This document shows positions 6,087 through 13,972 of a stretch of 20,000 nt of DNA, in pieces. The notes below the pieces were generated by a model. It worked only from the letters and a program-made list of their open reading frames with translations. It ran no database searches and had not been told where the DNA came from. The DNA lies in IMG/VR virus record IMGVR_UViG_3300048591_001609; one strand, given 5' to 3'. Position 1 is the first letter of the stretch; the number at the start of each line of letters is the position of its first letter. Both the position numbers and the translations under genes were made by a program. This stretch comes from an uncultured virus (IMG/VR IMGVR_UViG_3300048591_001609). Lineage: Duplodnaviria; Heunggongvirae; Uroviricota; Caudoviricetes.

Positions 6087-9077
6087 ATGGAAACTATCTA
6101 CAAGCTCCAGCCCAACCGCACCATCCACCTGCAGGGTTTCTCTGACTTCGGCGCCGCGGCCGCTCTGCACTCCACCACCGAATCCAGCTTCAAAGTCTCG
6201 GGCGTCTTCCGCGACGCGGCTGACTTCTGCGTCCTCGTCCTCTGGGACCGCGACGATTTCTACGGTCATCCCCGCTTCTCCTACCTGCCGGATCCCGATT
6301 TCTCGGGCCTCGTTCTCACCTTCGATCTTCACTACGACAACCTCCAGCCCATCGACTCCCCGAAGTACGCCACCATCGATTGGCCCTACCTCAATTGCCT
6401 GAGCACGGATGGCACACTCGTCCAGATCCCGCTGTCCGCGCACGCCACCCAGGTGGGTGGCACCTATACCCCAGCCAGTGGCTCCTTCACTCTCATCGAT
6501 GCCGGCATGCAGTCCTACGACCGGGTGACGCTCTGGTACCAGAACCTCGCCTTCGATTACATCGTTCCCGGCAAACTCGAAACCGAGTTTCCGTTCTACG
6601 CCGCTGGTGCCGGCACCGTGCACTCGATCAGCGTCGCGGGTACTGTTTATACCTACACGGAGCAGCCGGGAGATGGCAGTGCCTCGGTAGCCAACGCCCT
6701 CGTGGGGATCCTCAACGGGATACCTGATCCCAATGTGGAGGCATCCATCGGCAGCCAAGCCCACGTCGTCCGGCTGGTGCGGAAGCAGGACACCGGCTTG
6801 AGCTTCACCGTCTCCGCCTCAGGCAGCGGCGCCGACACTATCCACCATGTAAAGGACACGACGATCTGCCGTGCGATCTGCGATCAGATCAATGGCACCG
6901 ACTGGAATACCCTCGGCGCGCTTATCCCGCTCGAGGCGTCGGCCTCCGGCAGTGTCCTTACCGTCACTGCCATCCGGCCTGGAGAGGACAGCAACATGAT
7001 CCGCCTATACGAGTTGCACAAGAACGGCAATCTCTACTTCACCCCCGAGGTATGTGCGCTCGCGGGAGGCTCCTCCGATGCCACCTGGCACGTGTACGTG
7101 GACTTCTCCGCCCACGGTGCCACGAGCCTGCAGAAGGTCTGGATGACCTTCGCGCCGCGATTGGCCAACGGCATGGAGTATGCCGCCGAGGAATGGCAGG
7201 CAACCTTTGCAAACTGGACCGTTGCCGATCCCCTGGGCACACGTGCCCTCAAAGTGGCCGGACCCCAGTCCGTGCGGATCGAAGAGAACGATTCCTGGGT
7301 GGTATACGACGGCTTCTGGGAGTGGTCACCGCCGCAGTTCTTCAGCGAAGGGCGTGCGCGCCGCGCTGCTTCTTCGGTGGCGCGGGCGATTGTCGAAACC
7401 CACTGTGGCGTGACGCATGACATTTATCTCGGCACCCGGATTGATTTCGATTGCGGCATCGTCGAAGTGCGCCTCGATGGTGGTCCACCTGTGGAACTCG
7501 ACTGCTATGAGGAAGCCACAACGGCTCGCCAGGTACGCCGTATGGTTTTCGCTAATGTGCCCGCGGGACAGCACTCTGTCGAGATCCGTCTTGCCGGCAC
7601 GAGGAATTCCGCGAGCCAGGGCTTCTACTACTACTTCGATTTCCTGGAATGCGCGGTCCCTTCCGATGTGCCGGAGGCACCGGAACTGCGCACTGATGTG
7701 GGCGTCGCCTGCGATTACGGCACCGACCACACCTACAAGCTTTCCCCGCAGCGGCTCGTGTGGGCGATCCGCAAGCTGGGCCTCACCGGCGAGATCGACC
7801 ACTACCTTTCCGTCTTCTGGTGGAACCAGCGCAAGCGCGTGGGTGGTGTGTTCCCATCGGTGGCCGTCACCTTTGGCGGTACCTGGGCCGATGGCGATGC
7901 CGCATTCGTGACCATCGGTGGCACCACCATCGGCAAGTCCGTCTTCCCCGCAGACACGCCCGAATCCATTGCCCGGCACTTCGCCTGCTACATCAACGGA
8001 ACGTTCGTCGGTGTGTGGGCACAGGTCAGTGGAGGGACGCTGACGATCACCACACGTTCGCCGGCACCAGCCTACTCGTTCACGTTCGCCCAATCCCACA
8101 ACTCCGCGGGCGGCACAGTGTCGGTCTCCGGATCTCTGGAGAACGGCGTCATGGGAGAGTGGGTGATCGATGAGACTGCTGTGCCGGTTTTCAATCGCGC
8201 TGCACGCGACTGGCATGCTGATTACTTCGCCAAACTCGTCGCCAACGGCATGACCTGCGTATCCGCCTTCAGCCAGGAACTGGTCCTGCCGCCGGATAAC
8301 TCGCCCGACGCCGTTTGGGTTCAGCGCTATCCGGACGGAAGCCCCGTTGAAACAGCCACCGGCTTCGCCAACAAGCTCTCCTCGCACTGCGCCTTTGCCC
8401 CACCGTTCCGGAACTACATCCAGCTAGCCTACGCCGAGGTCGCCGCACTGATGGAACTCGCTGGCCTAGAAGCCCGGCTCCAGTTCGGCGAGGTCCTCTG
8501 GTGGTTTTTCCCGAACGCCTCGGGCATGGCCCTCTACGACGCGCACACAACCGCGGCATTTCAAGCTGCCCACGGCCGCCCACTCCACCTTTTCCTCATG
8601 CCGAATGACGACCCATCGGTGAACGGCCACACCGACGCCAACTTCCTTCGCCAGACCGTCCGCGACCACGTTGCCGCCATCCGAGCCTACGTCCTCGCCA
8701 GCCACCCCAACGCGAAGTTCGAGATCCTATGGCCCCTCGACGTCAACGATCCCCACACCCGCCAACTCAACCGCTATACCAACCTGCCACCGGAGTGGGA
8801 AGCCAGAACCGGCTCAGGCTTCGATACTTTCATGGTTGAAGGCTTCCAGTACGCTGGCATCGAGAGAAACCTCGACAAAGTCCGCTGGATGGCAGGCTAC
8901 CCCTTCGAAGTCCTCGCTTGGCCCCGCGAGTGCTGCCGTTATCTGATGGGAGTCTTTAATGCCGGATGGCCATGGGTGCGCGATGCCGCATCGGCGAAGA
9001 AGTCAGGCCTACTTATGATTAGGATTTGGGCGATTGATCACCTGTGCCTCCTTGGACGCGCAGGTTGGAACGATTAG
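6087..9077 (+). CDS. Large phage tail-associated protein with putative glycoside-hydrolase-like TIM-barrel region, CBM-like jelly-roll and inserted repeat modules
   Basis: 996 aa with GC-biased codon usage. The motifs DFCVLVLWDRDDFYGHPRFSY..DFSG, DHTYKLSPQRL..LGLTGEIDHY, NRAARDWHADY..SAFSQEL, LQFGEVLWW..LYD and IWAIDH resemble, from memory, the long N-terminal extension of alphaproteobacterial GTA/phage DUF2460 proteins ('non-contractile tail sheath'-like). Confidence 0.6.
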   Translation: METIYKLQPNRTIHLQGFSDFGAAAALHSTTESSFKVSGVFRDAADFCVLVLWDRDDFYGHPRFSYLPDPDFSGLVLTFDLHYDNLQPIDSPKYATIDWPYLNCLSTDGTLVQIPLSAHATQVGGTYTPASGSFTLIDAGMQSYDRVTLWYQNLAFDYIVPGKLETEFPFYAAGAGTVHSISVAGTVYTYTEQPGDGSASVANALVGILNGIPDPNVEASIGSQAHVVRLVRKQDTGLSFTVSASGSGADTIHHVKDTTICRAICDQINGTDWNTLGALIPLEASASGSVLTVTAIRPGEDSNMIRLYELHKNGNLYFTPEVCALAGGSSDATWHVYVDFSAHGATSLQKVWMTFAPRLANGMEYAAEEWQATFANWTVADPLGTRALKVAGPQSVRIEENDSWVVYDGFWEWSPPQFFSEGRARRAASSVARAIVETHCGVTHDIYLGTRIDFDCGIVEVRLDGGPPVELDCYEEATTARQVRRMVFANVPAGQHSVEIRLAGTRNSASQGFYYYFDFLECAVPSDVPEAPELRTDVGVACDYGTDHTYKLSPQRLVWAIRKLGLTGEIDHYLSVFWWNQRKRVGGVFPSVAVTFGGTWADGDAAFVTIGGTTIGKSVFPADTPESIARHFACYINGTFVGVWAQVSGGTLTITTRSPAPAYSFTFAQSHNSAGGTVSVSGSLENGVMGEWVIDETAVPVFNRAARDWHADYFAKLVANGMTCVSAFSQELVLPPDNSPDAVWVQRYPDGSPVETATGFANKLSSHCAFAPPFRNYIQLAYAEVAALMELAGLEARLQFGEVLWWFFPNASGMALYDAHTTAAFQAAHGRPLHLFLMPNDDPSVNGHTDANFLRQTVRDHVAAIRAYVLASHPNAKFEILWPLDVNDPHTRQLNRYTNLPPEWEARTGSGFDTFMVEGFQYAGIERNLDKVRWMAGYPFEVLAWPRECCRYLMGVFNAGWPWVRDAASAKKSGLLMIRIWAIDHLCLLGRAGWND

Positions 9078-9124
9078 GAAATGGACCCTCAAGATCCCAA
9101 TGAACAATCCGAGCACTGCGCTTT

Positions 9125-11668
9125 CTAAAATTGCAGCCGACATCCAATCTGAATCCGGCGTGCCGGCTGGGTCTCGACGGCCTGACCGAAGAATGGGGAC
9201 GTGAGGGATCCGACGTAGTTCGCGTAGTTCACGCGGTTCAGCAGGTTGAACGCATCGACGGACAGCGTAAGACTTGGGCTTTTGTCCTTTTTCTCTGGCA
9301 AGAAGCGAAAGTCCCGGAACCACCGAAGGTCGATCACGGCGCTGCCGGGACCGAGGCCGGTGTTCCTGGTGGTTCCCGCGGGCCGGTCGATGGCCATGCC
9401 GTCGCGGTTGTCGTCCCGCCCGGTGGTGACGTTGAAGGGGATCCCCGACAGCAGCGACAGGGAGGCTCCGAAGTTCGCCCAGCGGTGCAGTGAGGCGGTC
9501 GCCAGGAGGTTCAGCTTGTGGCGCCGATCGGAATCGGCCCGGCCCCACTCCCCCTCCGGAGCGAAGCTATTGGCAGGGAACCAGTTCAGGCCGTTGGTGT
9601 CCGCGAGAGTCCGGCTGAAGACGTATTGCGCCATTCCTGTCACACGCGGAGCAAGGTTTCCTCGAAGGGTGATCTCCAACCCGTTGTTTTCCATTCGCCC
9701 GGCCGATTCGATTTCGCGAAGCACATTGAGTGTGGAGTCCGGGCGACTGGCAAAGTGGGGCGGCAGGGGCGCGTTGGCATCCCGGGAACGGAACTGTTGC
9801 ACCGCGCGCGTTCCGACGTAGCTCACGGCCATCGTTGTGTTTTTGGCGAGTTGCTGCTCGATGCCAAAGGAGAATTGCATCGTATTCGGCAGTTCGGTGC
9901 CGCCGCCGATCCGGTGGACGCTTGTAGGAAACCCTTGCAAGGTGTCATCGCTAAGGTCCGGCGGGATTTGCGCCGCACTTAGGACGTAGCGCCGGAGTTG
10001 CACGCCATCGAAGCGACGAATGTCGAAGATTGGCCCTGGTCCAGAGCGGTCAAAGAAGAAGCCGGCGCCGGTCCGGATGACGGTTTTTCGCGCCTTGAAT
10101 GGCGCCCAGGCAATAGCCAGCCTCGGAGCGAGGTTATTCGTATCGCCGAAGTTGTTCTGCCAGTCATAGCGCAGACCCATGGCGAGCGAGAAGTCTGGGC
10201 GGATCTGCCACTCGTCCTGGAAAAAGCCCCCGACGTTTTTTTCGATAAAGACCACGCGCGGATCGCCGCGTTGCGCGACCGCGGCAAACGGACGCGCTAC
10301 TTCAAGGTCCGCAAGGGAGGCGTAGGAGAAGGTTCCGATTTGGTTTGAACGATCTGACAGTCCGCGGCGGCTCCAGTCCGGGATGTTGAAGCCGTATTTC
10401 AACGTGTGCTTCCCCGCGGTCTGCGTCAGAAGCCAAGTGATCGAAGTGTGGGCCTCGGTCGACAAACGGTCTGCCTGCGCGCCTCCCTGGGTGACGGCAT
10501 CGCTCACGACAACCCGAGCGGCATCGAGATTGCTGCTGGTGGGCGACCAGTAGCGGCCGATGAGGATGCGAAACTGCGACAGCAGATTCGGTGTGATGAC
10601 GCCACGGTGATTGAACACGAACTCGTCTTCCCGGAAGCGCGACTGCGTCCCGGTTTCGGCGAGCGAGGTTCCCCCGACGCCAACATTGTCCTGCCAGCGG
10701 TCCTGGAAGTTGAGCTGCACGAACAAGGTCTGCTGTTCACTGAGCTGGTGGCTCAAACGCAGGGAAGCGACCGTATTCACCCGGGGCGTGGGCACATTCT
10801 GATTGATGGGGCCTCTTGGACCTTGCGCGAACACTACGGCAAACAAGTCCTCTTCCTCGCGGGCGCCCGAAAGCAGGAATGAGGTGTTCCTGCTCTTGCC
10901 GACTGGGCCGAACAGGCTTCCTTCGAAGATGCGGCGTTGTTCCTGAGGCCGATCGACGGCAAGGGCATCGCGGGCGTTGAGGCGGTAATCCCGAAGCAGA
11001 AAGTTGAAGGTGCCGTGGTAGGCGTCCGCGGACGCCTTGGTAGTCACCTCGATGCGGCGCCGGCTCCACCGCGGATACTCCACGGTGTAGGGGTTGTTGT
11101 TGATGCGGATTTCCTGAATCGCCGAAGCGGTGACCCCTACGTTCCGCATCTCCATGCCATCGACGATGATGGACGTGCCGGAGCCACCGGGCGAACCGGG
11201 ATCGAGGAAGCGGCTTAGTGCAGCGATGTAGTCCAGGCCCAGAACGGGAAGGTTGTCGAGCATGGAGCGCTCCACGGAAATCGCGTCCACATTGCTTGCC
11301 GAATCAGTGGAGACCTCAGTCGGCTGGTCGGGAACTTCGATGGTCTCTTCCAGGCGGGCAAGCGAAAGTTGGATGGAGACCGGACGCGGAGCGCGGCTGC
11401 CGACGCGCACCGTCGTCGCGATGTGTTCGAATCCGGGGATGGCGATGCGGATTTCGTAGCTTCCTTGTGGAACGGAATCGAACCGGAACTCACCCCGGTC
11501 ATTGGTGAATGTCTCGGCTTGCGCCTGCGCACCCTGGAGCAGGACTCGGGCGGCCGGGATAGCGAGATTTGCCGGATCGCGGACTGTGCCGCTGACAGGT
11601 ACACCGGATGCGCCGGTCTGGCCAAGAGCCGCAAGGACGGCAAGGAATAGCGCGATAGCGAGCCTCAT
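9125..11668 (-). CDS. TonB-dependent receptor-like outer-membrane protein (Oar type, N-terminal carboxypeptidase-regulatory-like domain)
   Basis: 847 aa. Signal peptide; VSGTVRDPANLAIPAARV..TNDRGEFRF..GSYEIRI domain; plug motif AIQEIRI; barrel motifs HTLKYG, GFFQDEWQIRPDFSLAMGLRYD, NNLAPRLAIAW, VIRTGAGFFFD, DAFNLLNRVN; C-terminal Phe (RLQF). Start overlaps the kinase stop; AGGAG RBS. Confidence 0.9.
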   Translation of the reverse strand: MRLAIALFLAVLAALGQTGASGVPVSGTVRDPANLAIPAARVLLQGAQAQAETFTNDRGEFRFDSVPQGSYEIRIAIPGFEHIATTVRVGSRAPRPVSIQLSLARLEETIEVPDQPTEVSTDSASNVDAISVERSMLDNLPVLGLDYIAALSRFLDPGSPGGSGTSIIVDGMEMRNVGVTASAIQEIRINNNPYTVEYPRWSRRRIEVTTKASADAYHGTFNFLLRDYRLNARDALAVDRPQEQRRIFEGSLFGPVGKSRNTSFLLSGAREEEDLFAVVFAQGPRGPINQNVPTPRVNTVASLRLSHQLSEQQTLFVQLNFQDRWQDNVGVGGTSLAETGTQSRFREDEFVFNHRGVITPNLLSQFRILIGRYWSPTSSNLDAARVVVSDAVTQGGAQADRLSTEAHTSITWLLTQTAGKHTLKYGFNIPDWSRRGLSDRSNQIGTFSYASLADLEVARPFAAVAQRGDPRVVFIEKNVGGFFQDEWQIRPDFSLAMGLRYDWQNNFGDTNNLAPRLAIAWAPFKARKTVIRTGAGFFFDRSGPGPIFDIRRFDGVQLRRYVLSAAQIPPDLSDDTLQGFPTSVHRIGGGTELPNTMQFSFGIEQQLAKNTTMAVSYVGTRAVQQFRSRDANAPLPPHFASRPDSTLNVLREIESAGRMENNGLEITLRGNLAPRVTGMAQYVFSRTLADTNGLNWFPANSFAPEGEWGRADSDRRHKLNLLATASLHRWANFGASLSLLSGIPFNVTTGRDDNRDGMAIDRPAGTTRNTGLGPGSAVIDLRWFRDFRFLPEKKDKSPSLTLSVDAFNLLNRVNYANYVGSLTSPFFGQAVETQPARRIQIGCRLQF

Positions 11669-13062
11669 GATTCTCCTTTGGGCAATCTGACCGTGAAAGT
11701 ACTTCCCGCGCCTGGCGTGCTCTCAACAAGGATTGCCCCGCCGTGTGCTTCCACAATCCACTTCGCGAGTGACAGTCCGAGCCCCGCACCCCCGGAATCG
11801 CGGCTGCGCGATGGATCGGCCCGGTAGAATCGTTCGAAGATACGCGGAATGTGCTCCGCGCCAATACCAATTCCGGAATCCTGGACCTCGATCCGGATGA
11901 AATCGGACGCCGGTTTCGCCAGAACGGTGACAGTCCCGCCCGGGTGCGTGTATTTGAGAGCGTTATCGAGGAGGATTAGCAGGAGCCTCCGCAGCGAACT
12001 GCCATCGCCGACTACGGACAGGGGCTCCGGGACTGGTTCGTAGATGAGGCGAATCTCTCTCTCGTTCGCCAGCTTCTGTGCCTGCGTGGTCGCTTCCAGG
12101 AGGAGTGTGCTAAGGTCGATGGCTTTTCGGTCCAGCGTCTCCCAGCCAGCATCGGTTCGGGCAAGGGTGAGAAGGTTCTCAATGAGTTCCGTCGTGCGAA
12201 TGGACTCGCTATGGATCTCACCGAGGGCGTCTCGATAGTCGGTGTCATCGCGTTTTTTGCGGAGAGCAATCTCGGATGTTGTGCGGATGAGGGCAACGGG
12301 GGTTCGCAGTTCGTGGGACGCATCGGCGGTGAAGCGAGTGATGCGCTGGAAGGCATCCTCGATGCGATCCAACATCTGATTCAGAGTCTCCGACAATCTT
12401 TGCAGTTCGTCGTCGGTTTCCGGAACCGGCAGGCGCTTCCCGAGATTCCGTTCGCCGATCGAGCGTGCGGTTGCAGTGATCCGGTCAACGGGCTGCAGGG
12501 CGAGCCGGCTCAGCCACCATCCTCCGGTAGCCGCCATGGCCAGCACTGCAGGAATCAGGAAGATCAGTGCCCATCGAAACCGTTCAAGCCCTTCCTCAAT
12601 CTCGCCTGTGAGGGCCGCGACCTGGATGGTATAGGCATTGCCGAGAACGGTCACGGGGCGGCTAAGGAAGCGGACGCTCACGCCCTTCACCAAGCGGCTC
12701 TCCCGGCTGCCGCCTGGCGTCAGTTCCGATGGCCGTTGTATCGGCACTTCCGCATCCTCCAGGGAAGCGGACCGATACAGCCACACGCCACGGGCATCGC
12801 ACACTTGAAAGAAGTCACCGCCAGGCCCGAGAACGGAGTGTTCTTTGAACTCGTCGCGTATTTCCTCAACGGACAGCGCCCCGATCTGCTCATCCATGAA
12901 GCGGCGGACCCCGTTCACGCGATCACTGAGTTCCTCATCGACGGCATGCAGCAGAACCTCCCTGACCGCAAACCAGCTAAAGACCCCGAAGAAAACGAGC
13001 GCCAGGGCCAACACGGCGGTGTACCACGCGGTGAGACGGAAGCGAATGGAGCGGGATCTCAT
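11665..13062 (-). CDS. Membrane sensor histidine kinase (heavy-metal sensor CusS/CzcS-like; HAMP-HisKA-HATPase)
   Basis: 465 aa with two TM segments. HAMP (LQPVDRITATARSI..DELQRLSETLNQML), H-box FTADASHELRTP, N-box LLDNALKY, G1 VQDSGIGI, F-box IFERFYR, G2 GAGLGLSL. Confidence 0.95.
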   Translation of the reverse strand: MRSRSIRFRLTAWYTAVLALALVFFGVFSWFAVREVLLHAVDEELSDRVNGVRRFMDEQIGALSVEEIRDEFKEHSVLGPGGDFFQVCDARGVWLYRSASLEDAEVPIQRPSELTPGGSRESRLVKGVSVRFLSRPVTVLGNAYTIQVAALTGEIEEGLERFRWALIFLIPAVLAMAATGGWWLSRLALQPVDRITATARSIGERNLGKRLPVPETDDELQRLSETLNQMLDRIEDAFQRITRFTADASHELRTPVALIRTTSEIALRKKRDDTDYRDALGEIHSESIRTTELIENLLTLARTDAGWETLDRKAIDLSTLLLEATTQAQKLANEREIRLIYEPVPEPLSVVGDGSSLRRLLLILLDNALKYTHPGGTVTVLAKPASDFIRIEVQDSGIGIGAEHIPRIFERFYRADPSRSRDSGGAGLGLSLAKWIVEAHGGAILVESTPGAGSTFTVRLPKGES

Positions 13063-13739
13063 GCCTCTCCTCCGTCCCGGACCAGATAGCCCACGCCGCG
13101 GACCGTGTGGATGAGTCTGTTTCCGGAAGGTCCTTCGAGCTTGGAGCGCAAGAGCCGGATAAACGCGTCCAGCGTGTTGCTCTCGATGTCGCGGTCGTAG
13201 CCCCAGACGCTTTCGATCAATGTCGCCCGGGGAACGACCTGACCGGCACGCCGCATGAGGAACTCGAGCAACAGAAACTCAGTACGTGTTAGAGGCACTT
13301 GTTCCCCATCGCGGAAGACCTGATGGGTAGCTGGATCGAGCCGTAGCGGGCCAACCGTCAGTTGCGCTTCCTGCGTTGCCGGGCCGCGCCGCAACAGAGC
13401 ACGAATCCGAGCCAGCAGCACTTCGAAGGAGAACGGTTTGGTCAAGTAGTCGTCCGCTCCGAAATCCAGCCCGCGCACAACATCGGGGGTTGCATCACGC
13501 GCGGTCAGCATGAGTATCGGCGTCCGAATGCCGCCGTCTCGAAGACGACGGGCAATCGTAAAGCCGTCGAGGCCGGGGAGCATGATGTCAAGCAAGATGA
13601 GGTCAAACTCGTTGGACTCCGCCATCGCCAGGCCGGCCAAGCCGTCACTGGCGACGGTGACCACATAGCCCTCCTCAGCCAGCCCCTTCTTGAGCAGGTC
13701 GGCCATCCGGGATTCATCTTCAACCACCAAGAGGCGCAT
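13059..13739 (-). CDS. OmpR/PhoB-family response regulator (CusR/CzcR-like)
   Basis: 226 aa. LLVVEDE, phosphoacceptor LLDIMLPGLDG, ILMLTA, GADDYLTKPF; winged helix LTRTEFLLLEFL..SNTLDAFIRLLRSKL..IHTVRGVGY. AGGAGAGG RBS upstream. Confidence 0.95.
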   Translation of the reverse strand: MRLLVVEDESRMADLLKKGLAEEGYVVTVASDGLAGLAMAESNEFDLILLDIMLPGLDGFTIARRLRDGGIRTPILMLTARDATPDVVRGLDFGADDYLTKPFSFEVLLARIRALLRRGPATQEAQLTVGPLRLDPATHQVFRDGEQVPLTRTEFLLLEFLMRRAGQVVPRATLIESVWGYDRDIESNTLDAFIRLLRSKLEGPSGNRLIHTVRGVGYLVRDGGEA

Positions 13740-13753
13740 GCGTTTCCTCTCCT

Positions 13754-13828
13754 ACCTTAGCCTCCGAATCTGAAGATCCTCTGAAATGCTAGTCTTTCAG
13801 ACAATCTTCAGAATGCGCAGCAGACAAT
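13754..13828. promoter_or_regulatory. Divergent promoter with two outward-facing TTCAG-N6-TTCAG boxes (putative binding sites of the adjacent OmpR-family regulator)
   Basis: TCTGAAGATCCTCTGAAA (13769-13786) and TTTCAGACAATCTTCAGA (13795-13812) are a 16/18 inverted repeat. Each arm is an 11-bp-period direct repeat followed by a -10-like hexamer: TAAGGT on - at 13759-13754, GACAAT on + at 13823-13828. Confidence 0.7.
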
Positions 13829-13972
13829 CGAGACATGCGGGAAAGACGATGCCGCCATCGATCCGAAGAAGGACAACCTGTGCGCTGTCGCCATCCTGAA
13901 CGATGAACTTTGCGAAGAGCATTCCGTCTCGACACGGATCCATCTGCGTCTTCGGGGTGGCAAGGGGGTGAA

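Larger units (their letters stand above)
1..9077 (+). mobile_element. Tail-tip/baseplate module of a prophage or GTA-like element (siphovirus type), continuing upstream of the window
   Basis: Eight co-oriented, closely packed or overlapping ORFs (TGATG at 126-130 and 1411-1415, ATGA at 2501-2504). Several resemble phage tail families: Dit/gpM, gpL Cys motif, gpJ-like region, fibre adaptor. No integrase, att site or lysis cassette in the window. Confidence 0.85.

Noticed and set aside
7326..8387. 353-aa ORF on the - strand (and 6039-6764)
   Set aside because: Antisense to the 996-aa gene, which has the coherent codon bias and motifs.
8940..9077. Possible DGR variable region at the end of a tail gene
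   Set aside because: No template repeat, reverse transcriptase or C-type lectin-like terminus seen in the window; only a general AT3 increase.
9078..9124. att site or tRNA fragment at the phage boundary
   Set aside because: No tRNA-like sequence and no repeat partner found within the window; the other end of the element is not available.
12211..13089. 292-aa + strand ORF, and 17712-18722 (336 aa)
   Set aside because: Antisense shadows of the histidine kinase and RND genes.
11665..13739. Assigning cusRS or czcRS gene symbols
   Set aside because: Family resemblance only; the sensor loop lacks clear metal-ligand motifs, so orthology cannot be supported.
13910..13972. Longer TTG start for the ConA-like protein
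   Set aside because: GTG 13973 has an RBS and places the signal peptide at the N-terminus.
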